Below, one piece after another: positions 21,190-32,264 of a DNA stretch of 64,000 bases (within the stretch, counting starts at the first letter, position 1; every line of letters starts with the position of its first letter). The notes under the pieces are model-generated. The model was not told the DNA's origin and did no database searches. It saw only the letters and a list, made by a program, of their open reading frames with translations. Location: assembly GCF_052048095.1 (NCBI RefSeq), contig NZ_JBNAKG010000001.1, positions 193,300 to 257,299 on the forward strand, given 5' to 3'. The DNA is from Candidatus Pelagibacter sp. (GTDB lineage: Bacteria; Pseudomonadota; Alphaproteobacteria; Pelagibacterales; Pelagibacteraceae). The position numbers were made by a program, and so were the translations under genes.

Positions 21190-22021
21190 ATTTAATTACT
21201 TTGATAATTCTATTAAGCTGTTCAAGATTTTTATATTCAATCTTTATTGAACCCTTATTATCCTTTTTATTGTTAATGAGCACTTTTAAACCTATTTTTT
21301 CAATAATTTCATTTTCTAAAAACTGAACATTTACATCTCTTGTCTTAATGGCTCCCTTCTTTTTTTTAAAAATTTTTACAAAGCTTTCGGCTTGCCTCAC
21401 AGACAAATTTTTCTCATTGATTTTTGCTGCTATAAAGCTTGCATTATCAAGTCCAACTAAAATTTTAGCATGTCCTGCAGATATTTTTCTGCTTTCTAAT
21501 AAATTTAGAACATCATGTGGCAAAGATAAAAGTCTTAAAGAATTAGTAATATAACTTCTACTTTTTCCAATAATTTTTGAGACTTTTTCATGATCATAAG
21601 AAAACTCATCAATCAATCTTTGATAACCTTGTGCTTCTTCTAATGGGTTAAGATCGTCTCTTTGGACATTTTCTACTATCGCAAATTCTAATGACTTAAG
21701 ATCATCAACATCTGTTATAACAACCGGTACTTCATTTAATTCAGCAATTTTAGCGGCTTGCCACCTTCTTTCCCCTGCTATTATTTCATATTTATCTGGA
21801 AAATTTTTAGATTTTCTTACAATTATTGGCTGCAATATTCCTCTCTCTTTTATAGAGTTTGATAAATCGTTCAGCTTTTCTTCATCAAAATATTTTCGGG
21901 GTTGGAACTTGCTTGTCACTAACGAATTAACAGAAATTTTATTTGTACTGGAAGTATCTTTCTTGCTTTCTCCTATTAAAGAAGACAATCCCCTACCCAA
22001 CCCTTTTTTTATTTTATTCAT
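21179..22021 (-). CDS. parB: Chromosome partitioning protein ParB
   Basis: GLGRGLSSL, QPRKYF, IIAGERRWQA, ENVQRDDLNP. Confidence 0.97.
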   Translation of the reverse strand: MNKIKKGLGRGLSSLIGESKKDTSSTNKISVNSLVTSKFQPRKYFDEEKLNDLSNSIKERGILQPIIVRKSKNFPDKYEIIAGERRWQAAKIAELNEVPVVITDVDDLKSLEFAIVENVQRDDLNPLEEAQGYQRLIDEFSYDHEKVSKIIGKSRSYITNSLRLLSLPHDVLNLLESRKISAGHAKILVGLDNASFIAAKINEKNLSVRQAESFVKIFKKKKGAIKTRDVNVQFLENEIIEKIGLKVLINNKKDNKGSIKIEYKNLEQLNRIIKVIKSNY

Positions 22022-22815
22022 TAAGCAACATTTTCCATATTGTTTTCTTGATCAAGAAATTCATCTGTAAAATTGTAATATGATTTGCTTCCAGGACATG
22101 TTTTGTCATATATCAAAACTGGCACGCCGTGTGATGGTGCTTCTGAAAGTCTAACATTTCTAGGTATCACAGTTTTATAAACTTTGTCTTGAAAATACTT
22201 TCTTGCTTCACTTTCGACCTCTGATGATAATTTATTACGCTTATCATACATAGTTAACAAGATACCCCTTATTTCTAAAGATTGATTTAAATTCGATTTA
22301 ATTCTCTCGATAGTTTTAATTAACTGAGTAATTCCCTCTAATGCAAAAAACTCTGTTTGCAAAGGAACCAACAGAGAATGAGAGGCAACAAGCGCCATTA
22401 CCGTCAAAAGACTTAAAGAAGGTGGGCAATCAATCAATATGTAGTCATATTTACCCTCATTATTGCTCATAAAATAAGCTAATTTTTCCTTTAAAATAAA
22501 GGCTCTTCTTTGATCGTCTGCGGTCTCTATTTCAATACCTGAAAGGTCAACTGTGGAAGTAACTAAATCTAAATTAGTAAAATTTGTTTTTTTAATAACA
22601 TTCACAAATTCTTTTCTGCTATTAAGAACACCATATATTGAATTTTCTGTATCTTCTAAATTAGACAAACCAAGACCAGTTGTAGCATTTCCTTGAGGAT
22701 CCAAGTCTATAACTAGCACTTTTTTATTTAGTTGTGAAAGTCCCGCAGCTAAATTAACTGCTGTGGTTGTTTTGCCTACTCCACCTTTTTGATTAATGAT
22801 TGAAATTATTTTCAT
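22021..22815 (-). CDS. parA: Chromosome partitioning ATPase ParA
   Basis: NQKGGVGKTTT, DLDPQGNA, DCPPSL, IPRNVRLSEAPS. Confidence 0.97.
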   Translation of the reverse strand: MKIISIINQKGGVGKTTTAVNLAAGLSQLNKKVLVIDLDPQGNATTGLGLSNLEDTENSIYGVLNSRKEFVNVIKKTNFTNLDLVTSTVDLSGIEIETADDQRRAFILKEKLAYFMSNNEGKYDYILIDCPPSLSLLTVMALVASHSLLVPLQTEFFALEGITQLIKTIERIKSNLNQSLEIRGILLTMYDKRNKLSSEVESEARKYFQDKVYKTVIPRNVRLSEAPSHGVPVLIYDKTCPGSKSYYNFTDEFLDQENNMENVA

Positions 22816-23453
22816 ATTCTTTGTGCGTTATTAATATTTAAAATAAATGAGTCATTACTAGTAATGCTGTCTTTTGTTTCATAATCAATTTTCCATTTTT
22901 TTAATGTCTCTTTCAAAATTTCTTTTCCTGATTTACCCATAAAGAGAATTATATTTTTATAATTTTTATAATTTTTTTCGACGACATCTAAAATTATTGG
23001 TAAAGGTTTAAATGCTCTAGAAGTTATAACAATCTCACTCTGGTCTTTTTCCTCAAAAATATTTTTTTGGATAACTTCTGTATTTAAATTTAATTCTTTC
23101 GAGACCTTTTCCAGAAATTTACATTTTTTAAAACTCTTTTCGTACATTTCTATTTTGGTTTTTTTTGACTGAATTTTCATAATGATTGCTAATACTACTG
23201 ATGGAAAACCTGATCCTGAGCCAAAATCAATTATTTTTTTTGTATTTAAATCAATAAAATCAATTATTTGCATAGAATCAATTATATGTCTTTTTCTTAT
23301 ATATTCTTTATTTTCATTTTCTCTGCTAATCAAATTAACAACTTTATTCTCCTTTATCACAAGATCAATAAATTTTTCTAGATAAACACAAGTTTCACGT
23401 GAAACATTGTTTAAACCTAAATCTATGTAAGATTTTTGAATATTATTATCCAT
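22812..23453 (-). CDS. rsmG: 16S rRNA m7G527 methyltransferase (GidB)
   Basis: RHIIDS, DFGSGSGFP, ITSRAF; lies between mnmG and parA. Confidence 0.93.
   Translation of the reverse strand: MDNNIQKSYIDLGLNNVSRETCVYLEKFIDLVIKENKVVNLISRENENKEYIRKRHIIDSMQIIDFIDLNTKKIIDFGSGSGFPSVVLAIIMKIQSKKTKIEMYEKSFKKCKFLEKVSKELNLNTEVIQKNIFEEKDQSEIVITSRAFKPLPIILDVVEKNYKNYKNIILFMGKSGKEILKETLKKWKIDYETKDSITSNDSFILNINNAQRI
23391..23406. other. parS centromere-like site
   Basis: AGTTTCACGTGAAACA matches TGTTTCACGTGAAACA at 15/16, with a perfect 14-bp palindromic core; inside rsmG, about 600 bp from the parA start. Confidence 0.92.
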
Positions 23454-25324
23454 TAAGCAATGTGCTTAATAGACTTTCTTTTAACGTGAGACAACAAAAT
23501 ATAAGCTGCAGCAGGTGTTACACCATCAATTCTTAGAGCTTGTCCAAGTGTTTTTGGTTTAATATTCTTGAATTTAGATTTTACTTCATTTGATAAGCCA
23601 GATAATAAATCATAATCAATATTATCAGGTATAGACAGATTCTCATCTCTTTTGAAAGCCAAAATATCAGCATTTTGCTTCTTCAAATAACCTTTATAAT
23701 GAGAGTTTATTTCTAACTGTTCATCAATTTCATTACTAAAAAAAGGGACTTCAGGCCATATTTCTCTTATTTTATCAATATTAACTGTTTTTCTTGATAA
23801 AATCTCTTCAGCAGATCTTAATATTCCATCTTTAGCAATTTTAATGCCATAATTTTCTGCTTTTGAGGGGGTTATTTTTAAAGATCCCATTAAATTGTAT
23901 GATTTTTGTAAATTTTTCATTTTCTCATTAAAAATATTTTTTCTATCTGCTTGAATAAGACCAATATCAATTCCTAATTGGGTGAGACGTATATCTGCAT
24001 TATCTGCTCTTAATGTTAATCTATACTCTGCTCTAGATGTGAACATTCTATAAGGTTCCGCAACTCCTTTTGTAACTAAGTCATCTATCATAACTCCAAT
24101 ATAAGCTTGGGATCGATCAAGTATGAAAGGCTCAGCTCCTTTTACAGATAGCGCGGCATTTATTCCTGCAATTAATCCTTGGGCAGCCGCCTCCTCGTAC
24201 CCTGTGGTGCCATTAATTTGACCTGCAAGGTATAGATTTTTAATTTTCTTAGTCTCTAAAGTTAAAAACAGTTCTCTTGGGTCAACATAGTCGTACTCTA
24301 TAGCGTAACCAGGTCTTATTATTTTAACATTTTCTAAACCACTGATATTATTGCATATTTCATGCTGTACATCCAAAGGAAGAGAAGTTGATATACCGTT
24401 TGGGTAAATTGTAAAGTCACTCAATCCTTCTGGTTCTAAATATATTTGGTGTCTTGTTTTATCTTCAAATTTTACAATTTTGTCTTCCACGGAAGGACAG
24501 TATCTTGGACCAACGCCTTGTATTGAACCAGAGTACATAGCGCTTTTATCTAAATTTTTTTTTATAATTGTATGAACTTTCTCGTTCGTATAAGTCATGT
24601 GACAGCTAACCTGAGTGTTAATATTTTTTTTGGTTAAGAACGAAAAAAAATAAGGTTCATTATCTGCAAATTGTTCTTCTAAATTTTTAAAGTTAATTGT
24701 ACGAGAATCAAGTCGGGGAGGAGTTCCTGTTTTCAATCTACCTAATTTAAATTTATATTTTTTTAATTGATCGCTCAAACCAGTTGTCGGTTTTTCATCA
24801 AATCTTCCAGCAGGAATTTTTTCATCACCAATATGAATTAAACCATTAAGAAATGTTCCAGTTGTAAGAATTATTTTTGAACTTTTAACAATCAAACCAG
24901 ATTTAGTATGAAAACAATTTATACTATTTTTATTGAATAAAAATTCAATTACAGGATCTGAAAAAATCGTTAAATTACAGTAATTTACAAGTTTTTCTTG
25001 CATATATTTTTTATATAAAGATCTATCTGATTGCGTACGAGGGCCTCTAACAGCAGGACCTCTGCTACTATTTAATAATCTAAATTGAATACCTGATTTA
25101 TCTGCGACATCACCCATTACTCCATCTAAAGCATCAATTTCTCTAACCAAATGGCCTTTGCCAAGACCTCCAATTGCTGGGTTACAAGACATCTCTCCTA
25201 TAGTTTTAAATTGATGTGTAAATAAAGCTGTACTAACTCCTAATCTCGCGGCTGCGGCTGCGGCTTCACAACCAGCGTGTCCACCACCTATTACAACAAC
25301 ATCGAATGATAAATCTTTTTTCAT
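23453..25324 (-). CDS. mnmG: tRNA uridine-5-carboxymethylaminomethyl modification enzyme MnmG (GidA)
   Basis: [41 protein letters not shown]. The ATG at 25324 is preferred over the TTG at 25345. Confidence 0.98.
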   Translation of the reverse strand: MKKDLSFDVVVIGGGHAGCEAAAAAARLGVSTALFTHQFKTIGEMSCNPAIGGLGKGHLVREIDALDGVMGDVADKSGIQFRLLNSSRGPAVRGPRTQSDRSLYKKYMQEKLVNYCNLTIFSDPVIEFLFNKNSINCFHTKSGLIVKSSKIILTTGTFLNGLIHIGDEKIPAGRFDEKPTTGLSDQLKKYKFKLGRLKTGTPPRLDSRTINFKNLEEQFADNEPYFFSFLTKKNINTQVSCHMTYTNEKVHTIIKKNLDKSAMYSGSIQGVGPRYCPSVEDKIVKFEDKTRHQIYLEPEGLSDFTIYPNGISTSLPLDVQHEICNNISGLENVKIIRPGYAIEYDYVDPRELFLTLETKKIKNLYLAGQINGTTGYEEAAAQGLIAGINAALSVKGAEPFILDRSQAYIGVMIDDLVTKGVAEPYRMFTSRAEYRLTLRADNADIRLTQLGIDIGLIQADRKNIFNEKMKNLQKSYNLMGSLKITPSKAENYGIKIAKDGILRSAEEILSRKTVNIDKIREIWPEVPFFSNEIDEQLEINSHYKGYLKKQNADILAFKRDENLSIPDNIDYDLLSGLSNEVKSKFKNIKPKTLGQALRIDGVTPAAAYILLSHVKRKSIKHIA

Positions 25325-25393
25325 TAACCTAAATTTATAGGTCAATTAAATATTTACAATAGGTGAAAAAACTAAGTCCAGTATGAATAATTA

Positions 25394-26728
25394 TTATTTT
25401 CCGATACAGAAGTCGCTAAATATTTTACCGAGAACTTCTTCAACATCAACATCTCCAACAACCTTACCAAGATATCTTGATGCAATCCTGATGTCTTCTG
25501 CTGCCTTATCAAATTCGCTAATTGAATTATTTTCTAAAAAAACATTTAAGTGGTAATTGCATTTTTCTAAATTTAATCTATGTCTTTCTCTTGATATTAG
25601 AATGTTATCGTTGATTAAAAATTTATCTTTTAATCTTTCTTTAATTTCATTGATAAGATTATCTAAGTTAAGCTCTTCCTTGAGAGATACTAAGATATAT
25701 TTTTTTAATTTTGCATTATCGAGATTAATTGCTCCATCAATCAAATCAGATTTATTTAGAACTAGAATTGAATTTTTATCACTAATATCGTCTAAAAAGG
25801 TCGAAAAATATGGATTTTTTGCATCTAATAAAATTATTTTTAAATCTGCATTTTTTGCTGATTTAAGTGCTAATTCTACACCCCTTCTTTCTATTTCATC
25901 TGATGTTTTTCTTAAACCAGCCGTATCTGTAATTATTACTGGGTATCCATCTAAGTTTAAATTTACCTCAATTAAGTCTCTGGTCGTACCTTCAGTATTT
26001 GAAACTATAGCAACTTCCCTTTTAGATAAATAATTAAGCAAAGTAGATTTACCGGCGTTAGTAGGGCCTAAAATTGAAATCTTGAATCCATCTCGAATTT
26101 TTTCTCCTGTCTTGCTATCATTTAAAATTTCATTTATCAAATTTATAATATCTTTGGTCTCTATTTTAATATTCTTTAAAATATCTTCAGGAAGGTCCTC
26201 GTCTGGGAAATCTATTTTTGCTTCAATGTTGGATAAGATTTTTAGTAATCTGTCACGTAAATTTGTATATTTTTTTGTTGCATCTCCACTTAATATTTTT
26301 AATGCTTGTTTTCTCTGGATTTCAGTTTCTGATGAAATCAAATCAGACAAAGCTTCGACACTCAGCAAATTAAGTTTTCCATTTTCATATGCTAATTTTG
26401 TAAATTCACCCGGCTCTGCTAATCTGCAATTATTGAATTTAGATAAAGTCAAAAGCAATGCAGATATAACCGCTTTACTTCCATGAACATGTAGTTCTGC
26501 CATGTCTTCTCCCGTAAAACTACTTGGTGCAGGAAACCAAATGAACAATCCTCTGTCAATTAAATCGTTAGTTATGTGATCTTTTATTTTACAAAGCGTT
26601 GCTATTCTTGGTTTTAAAATGCAGTTTACAATTATTTTATTTAATAATTCCTTAGTACCATTCCCTGATATCCTAATTATCGCAATCCCAGCTTTGGTGG
26701 TTCCAGTAGATAAAGCGTAAATAATCAT
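25394..26728 (-). CDS. mnmE: tRNA modification GTPase MnmE (TrmE)
   Basis: SFTGED, GPTNAGKS, GTTRD, DTAG, C-terminal FCIGK. Confidence 0.97.
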   Translation of the reverse strand: MIIYALSTGTTKAGIAIIRISGNGTKELLNKIIVNCILKPRIATLCKIKDHITNDLIDRGLFIWFPAPSSFTGEDMAELHVHGSKAVISALLLTLSKFNNCRLAEPGEFTKLAYENGKLNLLSVEALSDLISSETEIQRKQALKILSGDATKKYTNLRDRLLKILSNIEAKIDFPDEDLPEDILKNIKIETKDIINLINEILNDSKTGEKIRDGFKISILGPTNAGKSTLLNYLSKREVAIVSNTEGTTRDLIEVNLNLDGYPVIITDTAGLRKTSDEIERRGVELALKSAKNADLKIILLDAKNPYFSTFLDDISDKNSILVLNKSDLIDGAINLDNAKLKKYILVSLKEELNLDNLINEIKERLKDKFLINDNILISRERHRLNLEKCNYHLNVFLENNSISEFDKAAEDIRIASRYLGKVVGDVDVEEVLGKIFSDFCIGK

Positions 26729-26766
26729 TGTTAACAAAATTAAATAATTAAAGATAATTAGAAGAA

Positions 26767-28416
26767 TTATAATTGTCTAATCAAATCATCTATTTTACTA
26801 AAAAAATCATTTCTAAAGGAACTATCATCATATAATGGTGAAGATCTGGCTTTTGAAAATATATTATTCTTATATTTATTTAAATTTTGCTCATTAGCTA
26901 GACTCACACTTTTAGATACATAATCGTTAGTATCTTTAGCTATAAAGTTTTCGAATCCTAAATTTTTATTAATTGATTCACCACATCTAGATGTAAAATT
27001 TTTACCTTTCATTGTTATCAAAGGTAATCCACACATAATTGCCTCAAAACTTGTTGTTACACCATTATAGGGAAAAGTATCTAAAGCTATATCTGCTTCT
27101 TCATACATTTTTACATGATTCTTTGAATTTGTATACTTCATAAACACAATAGATTTTTCTACGCCATTTTTTTTGAATTTTTCCAACAAATCATCATTAA
27201 ATTGGAACATTGAAGATTTTAAAATTAATTTGGAATTTTTTACTTTTTTTAAAATTTCTGACCACGTATCTACTACTTCTTCAGTTATTTTTAAGAAATT
27301 ATTAAATGAGCAAAAAGTAATATAATTATTCTTTTTGAAGGGATAATTTCGAGTATTTATAATTTGACCATTATCCAACGTAAAACAATTCCAAATTTTA
27401 TTTAAATATATAATTTTTTCTGAATAAAACTTTTCCTCGTTTTTATAAACTAAATTTTTATCTGCAATAATATAGTCCATCTCATTCAAGCCAGTTGTAT
27501 TTGTATAGCCTAACCAATTAATCTGAATTTTTGAAATCCTATTTTTAAAATAAATAATCTTATTACCTGCAGTAAAACCCATCAAATCAAACACAATATC
27601 AATGTTTTTTTTTCTTATAAAATTTACTCCATCCAAATCATCCAAGTTATTGATTTCTATCCATTCATCAGCTAATAATTTAAATTCTCTTGTTGTTTCA
27701 TCATAATCTTCTGTTTTTAAATTTGAAATTATAATTAATTCATATTTTTTTCTTTGCTTTCCAATAAATAGGGTTTTTAAAAATTTAGTAACTGAATGTT
27801 GTGCCCTGATGTCAGCGCTCAAAAATGCAATTTTTACCTTTTTATTTATTCTAGAGTCTAACGGAAAAAGTTTATCTGATTGAAAAGGTTCTATTAAATT
27901 ATTAATCATTTTTGAATATTCAAAAATTTGGTTTTGATTCCAGGAATTAATAAAGAGATTATAATAAATCATTTTTTGCAAATTACTAATATTAAAACCA
28001 ATGTTTTTTTCACATAGACTTAGTATATCAACTATTTTTTTTGGATTATTTAAAAGGGCAAATGTAAGAATGATTTCTTCTACTAATTTTTCGTTATATC
28101 CAAAATTATTTAACACATCATCATAATATTTTGATGGTCTAAGCGGTTTCTTGTTAGAATTTGATAAACTTGCAAAATTAATAAAACAATCAAAAGCGTG
28201 CCTGCTTTTTTTTTCTTTATTATAACCATCTTCAAAAATTTGCAAAACTTTCTCATTATCAAAATTTAAAAGAAGCTTTGAAGCACCTAATATATTTAAA
28301 AACTGAGAGTTTAAATTTTCATAAGAGGAATTATTTTCAATTAAGTCTATAGCATCTTTATAATTTTTATCTAAAAAGGTCTTCGCTATTTTAAAATGAA
28401 GCTCTTTATCAATCAT
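26767..28416 (-). CDS. SPINDLY/OGT-like glycosyltransferase (GT41) with degenerate helical-repeat N-terminus
   Basis: KIAFLSADIRAQHSV, DLMGFT, QINWLGYTNTTG, DYIIAD, FCSFNNFLK, DIALDTFPYNGVTTSFEA. Confidence 0.87.
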   Translation of the reverse strand: MIDKELHFKIAKTFLDKNYKDAIDLIENNSSYENLNSQFLNILGASKLLLNFDNEKVLQIFEDGYNKEKKSRHAFDCFINFASLSNSNKKPLRPSKYYDDVLNNFGYNEKLVEEIILTFALLNNPKKIVDILSLCEKNIGFNISNLQKMIYYNLFINSWNQNQIFEYSKMINNLIEPFQSDKLFPLDSRINKKVKIAFLSADIRAQHSVTKFLKTLFIGKQRKKYELIIISNLKTEDYDETTREFKLLADEWIEINNLDDLDGVNFIRKKNIDIVFDLMGFTAGNKIIYFKNRISKIQINWLGYTNTTGLNEMDYIIADKNLVYKNEEKFYSEKIIYLNKIWNCFTLDNGQIINTRNYPFKKNNYITFCSFNNFLKITEEVVDTWSEILKKVKNSKLILKSSMFQFNDDLLEKFKKNGVEKSIVFMKYTNSKNHVKMYEEADIALDTFPYNGVTTSFEAIMCGLPLITMKGKNFTSRCGESINKNLGFENFIAKDTNDYVSKSVSLANEQNLNKYKNNIFSKARSSPLYDDSSFRNDFFSKIDDLIRQL

Positions 28417-28474
28417 TAATTCAAATTAGTGTTCTTTATCAATAATTTAAATAAGTTTTTATATTTTAATTTAC

Positions 28475-29743
28475 CTAGGCAGGTTTATTCATGGAATTGA
28501 AGAATTCAGCGTTATTCTTAGTATCTTTCAATTTTGAGCTGATAAATTCAATTGCATCCATTGTACCCATTGGAGCAATAATTCTCCTTAAAACATTCAT
28601 TTTTTGGAGATCATCTTTTTCGAATAATAATTCTTCTCTTCTAGTTCCAGATTTCGTTATATCAATTGCTGGATAAATTCTTTTATCTGCAATTTTTCTA
28701 TCTAAGACCGTTTCGCTATTACCAGTCCCTTTAAATTCTTCAAATATTACCTCATCCATCCTGCTTCCAGTATCAATTAGAGCTGTAGAAATAATTGTTA
28801 AAGATCCACCTTCTTCTATATTTCTAGCTGCACCAAAAAATCTTTTTGGTCTTTGAAGCGCATTAGCATCTACACCACCGGTTAAAACTTTACCTGAACT
28901 TGGAATAACAGCGTTATAGGCTCTTCCTAATCTTGTGATTGAATCTAATAGTATAACAACATCTTTCTTGTGTTCTGTTAATCTTTTTGCTTTTTCAATA
29001 ACCATTTCAGCTACAGCCACGTGTCTTTGTGCTGGTTCATCAAAAGTTGAGCTAATCACCTCTCCTTTAACTGTCCTTTGCATATCAGTAACTTCTTCTG
29101 GTCTTTCATCAATTAATAAAACTATCAGATAACATTCTGGATAATTTTTGGCTATTGAGTTTGCAATGCTTTGTAAGATCATAGTTTTACCGGCTTTAGG
29201 AGGTGAAATTATAATAGATCTTTGGCCTTTTCCGATTGGGCTTACTAAGTCAATTAATCTTGGAGTTAAATCTTGTTTTTTATCTGGTTTAGTTGCCTCA
29301 ATTTCCATCACTAACTGTTTGTCAGGATATAACGGTGTTAAGTTATCAAAAGCTATTTTATGTCTAGATTTTTCAGGTTCCTCAAAATTAATCTTGCTTA
29401 CTTGTAAGAGTGCAAAATATCTTTCTCCTTCTTTTGGGGCTCTAACAGGACCTTCAACAGTGTCTCCTGTTCTTAAACCAAATTTTCTAATTTGACTTGG
29501 ACTGACGTAAATATCATCTGGACCAGGCAAATAATTGGACTCCATTGCTCTTAAAAAGCCAAATCCATCCTGTAATAACTGTAAAACTCCCGCGCCTGTT
29601 ATTTCCTCTTTTTCAGCGACTTTTTTAAGGATGGCAAAAAGTATTTCTTGTTTTCTTAATGTACTAGCATTTTCAATGCCAAGCTCTTCTGCTTGAGTAA
29701 TTAATTGTTCAGATGATTTAAGTTTTAGTTCTTGAATATTCAT
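28475..29743 (-). CDS. rho: Transcription termination factor Rho
   Basis: [41 protein letters not shown]. Confidence 0.99.
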   Translation of the reverse strand: MNIQELKLKSSEQLITQAEELGIENASTLRKQEILFAILKKVAEKEEITGAGVLQLLQDGFGFLRAMESNYLPGPDDIYVSPSQIRKFGLRTGDTVEGPVRAPKEGERYFALLQVSKINFEEPEKSRHKIAFDNLTPLYPDKQLVMEIEATKPDKKQDLTPRLIDLVSPIGKGQRSIIISPPKAGKTMILQSIANSIAKNYPECYLIVLLIDERPEEVTDMQRTVKGEVISSTFDEPAQRHVAVAEMVIEKAKRLTEHKKDVVILLDSITRLGRAYNAVIPSSGKVLTGGVDANALQRPKRFFGAARNIEEGGSLTIISTALIDTGSRMDEVIFEEFKGTGNSETVLDRKIADKRIYPAIDITKSGTRREELLFEKDDLQKMNVLRRIIAPMGTMDAIEFISSKLKDTKNNAEFFNSMNKPA

Positions 29744-29775
29744 ATGTTGTGGAGGGGTTTATTAAGATAACATTA

Positions 29776-29803
29776 ATATATGTTTTTGTTTCTAAATATC
29801 AAG
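29776..29803 (-). promoter_or_regulatory. Putative rho promoter
   Basis: Minus-strand CTTG-N17-CATATAT, the same architecture as the dnaK upstream element. Confidence 0.45.
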
Positions 29804-29804
29804 C

Positions 29805-30236
29805 CTAGATTGGCTTAAATATTACTATAAAAATAATTAATATTAGCAGTATTGTCGGAATTTCATTAATATATCTATAAAATTTAGAAGATTTTTGATT
29901 TTGATCTAAACTAAACTTGTTTAATAAACTTCCAAGATAAAAGTGATAAATTGTGAGCAAAATTACAAAAACAAATTTAAGTTGAAGCCACAAGTTGCCT
30001 AAATTTTCAAAACCAATTAAAGAGATTAAGATTAAACCAAACAACCAACTTAAAAACATAGCTGGCATCATGATATAATAAAATAATTTTCTCTCCATTG
30101 TCTTAAATACCGAAACAACAACTTCATTACTGTTTTCTGAGTGATAAACAAAAATTCTAGGTAAATACAATAAGCCTGCCATCCAGGATACAACTGCGAT
30201 TAAATGCAAACTTTTAAATAATAAATAACTATTCAT
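29805..30236 (-). CDS. hemJ: Protoporphyrinogen oxidase HemJ
   Basis: KSLHLIAVVSWMAGLLYLPRIFVYH, INEIP. Confidence 0.94.
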   Translation of the reverse strand: MNSYLLFKSLHLIAVVSWMAGLLYLPRIFVYHSENSNEVVVSVFKTMERKLFYYIMMPAMFLSWLFGLILISLIGFENLGNLWLQLKFVFVILLTIYHFYLGSLLNKFSLDQNQKSSKFYRYINEIPTILLILIIFIVIFKPI

Positions 30237-31263
30237 TTTTTAAACACGGACATTTAGTAAAATTATTTGGACATTGAGTCTTTGGAGGAAATAAATTTTC
30301 ATTAAATTTATTTTTTTCTTTATTAATTATTAAATTGGATAAGGCATTGATAAAATGGGTATTAACACCCAATGCTGGAATTCTTACATATTCTACACAT
30401 CCATTTTTGTCCGCTAACTCCTTATACTCTATATCTAATTCAACAAGAGTTTCTGAATGTTCTGACACAAAAGCTATAGGAACAAGAATTATCTTTTTTC
30501 CCAATTTTGAATTTTCGATTATTACATCTTCGGTTGATGGCCCAATCCACTTTAATGGACCAACTCTACTTTGATAGCTCAAAATCCAATCTAAATTTTC
30601 ATAATTAATTTTATCAACAATTTTTTCTACTGATTGTTCTACTTGCCATTGGTAGGGATCACCTCTTTTGATATTTTTTTCTGGGAGGCCGTGTGCAGAA
30701 AATATTAATTTATAACCATCAAAATCTTTAATTTTATTTTTAATTTCATCAATGTGTGCGTCTATGAACTCTGGTTCTGTTGGATAACAACAAATTGTGG
30801 AAGTTTTGACTTTATAGTCATTTTTCGAGCACACATCATTCCACTCTTTAATTGAAGAACCTGATGTTGCTGCGGAAAATTGGGGGTACAAAGGCAAAAG
30901 TATAACTTCTTCTGGGTTAAAGTTTTTTACATCATCAATCACTTGTTCAGCACGCGGGTGCCAACAGCGCATCACTATAAAACATTTATAAATATTTTGA
31001 TCATCAGTTTCATTTAACGTTTTTTCTAATTTGTTTGATTGATCTTGTGTTAGCTTTAAAATTGGAGATGATCCACCAAGTTCCTCATATATTTTTTTAG
31101 CAATAGGGGCTCTACGATTTGAAATTAATTTTGCTAAAGGAAATCTTAAAAATTTTGGTAAATTTAAAATTGCAGGGTCATAAAATAAATTAAACAAAAA
31201 AGGTTCTACGTTTTTAAGACTGTCAGGTCCTCCCAAATTGAATAAGATTATTGCTTTTTTCAT
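30229..31263 (-). CDS. hemH: Ferrochelatase
   Basis: NLGGPD, LYPQFSAATSGS, FSAHGLP, YQSRVGP, SEHSETLVELD. Confidence 0.96.
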   Translation of the reverse strand: MKKAIILFNLGGPDSLKNVEPFLFNLFYDPAILNLPKFLRFPLAKLISNRRAPIAKKIYEELGGSSPILKLTQDQSNKLEKTLNETDDQNIYKCFIVMRCWHPRAEQVIDDVKNFNPEEVILLPLYPQFSAATSGSSIKEWNDVCSKNDYKVKTSTICCYPTEPEFIDAHIDEIKNKIKDFDGYKLIFSAHGLPEKNIKRGDPYQWQVEQSVEKIVDKINYENLDWILSYQSRVGPLKWIGPSTEDVIIENSKLGKKIILVPIAFVSEHSETLVELDIEYKELADKNGCVEYVRIPALGVNTHFINALSNLIINKEKNKFNENLFPPKTQCPNNFTKCPCLKNE

Positions 31264-32264
31264 TTATAATCTTTCACAAATTTAACTAAATAATCCATCA
31301 TCTCTGGATTTGTTTCTGGTAATATCCCATGACCTAAATTAAAAATATAAGGATGATCTTTGAATATATCTAAATATTTTTTTGCCTGGTTTTTAATGTT
31401 TTCTTTGTCAGACAACAAAACTTTGGGATCCATACCTCCTTGCACTGGAATATTAATGTCTTTTATAATATTTAATGGATCAACTTCGTAATCGATACAA
31501 ACTCCATCTGGTTTAACTATTTCACAATAATTTTTATAATTTTTAATACCTCGAGGAAAACATATAACAGGCACGTTTAAAGTTTTAGTATATTCCACTA
31601 AATTTAAAGTCGGAATGTAAACAAAATTTGGTAAATCTTTTTCTTCTAATAAACCTGCCCAACTATCAAAAATTTGAATAACTTCAGCTCCGTTTTCGAC
31701 TTGATTTTTTATATGTAATTTTAGAAATCTTTCTAAAGCTATTAAAATTCTATTTATTAAGAATTCATCACTAAAAAAATCTTCTTTTAATTTTAGTTTC
31801 GGTGATTGTTTGTTAATCATATAAACTAATAAAGTCCATGGCGCACCAACAAAACCTATCGTACTTTTTGAATTTGTTAATTCATGATTACTAACTAAAT
31901 TTATAGCCTTATAAACTGGGTAAACTTTTTCTACAAAATCAACCTCATCTAATTTTGATATTTCATTTAAATCCAGATCTCCTAATAATGGGCCAAAATT
32001 TTTCTTAAATTCTACTTTCTGATTTAAACCATAAGGTAACATTAGAATATCTGAAAAAATTATAGCAGCATCTAAATCAAATCTTTTTAAAGGTTGTAGT
32101 GTAATTTCAGATGATAATTTTTCATTTAGACATAGTTTTATAAAATCAGGATTTTTTTTTCTTATCTCTCTAAATTCAGGAAGATATCTCCCAGCTTGTC
32201 TCATTATCCAAATAGGATTTATTGAAGTATCTCTATTTTTTAAAACTTTATGTAATGGAGTCAT
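31260..32264 (-). CDS. hemE: Uroporphyrinogen decarboxylase
   Basis: WIMRQAGRYLPE, IFSDIL, GAPWT, FNLGHG. Confidence 0.97.
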   Translation of the reverse strand: MTPLHKVLKNRDTSINPIWIMRQAGRYLPEFREIRKKNPDFIKLCLNEKLSSEITLQPLKRFDLDAAIIFSDILMLPYGLNQKVEFKKNFGPLLGDLDLNEISKLDEVDFVEKVYPVYKAINLVSNHELTNSKSTIGFVGAPWTLLVYMINKQSPKLKLKEDFFSDEFLINRILIALERFLKLHIKNQVENGAEVIQIFDSWAGLLEEKDLPNFVYIPTLNLVEYTKTLNVPVICFPRGIKNYKNYCEIVKPDGVCIDYEVDPLNIIKDINIPVQGGMDPKVLLSDKENIKNQAKKYLDIFKDHPYIFNLGHGILPETNPEMMDYLVKFVKDYK

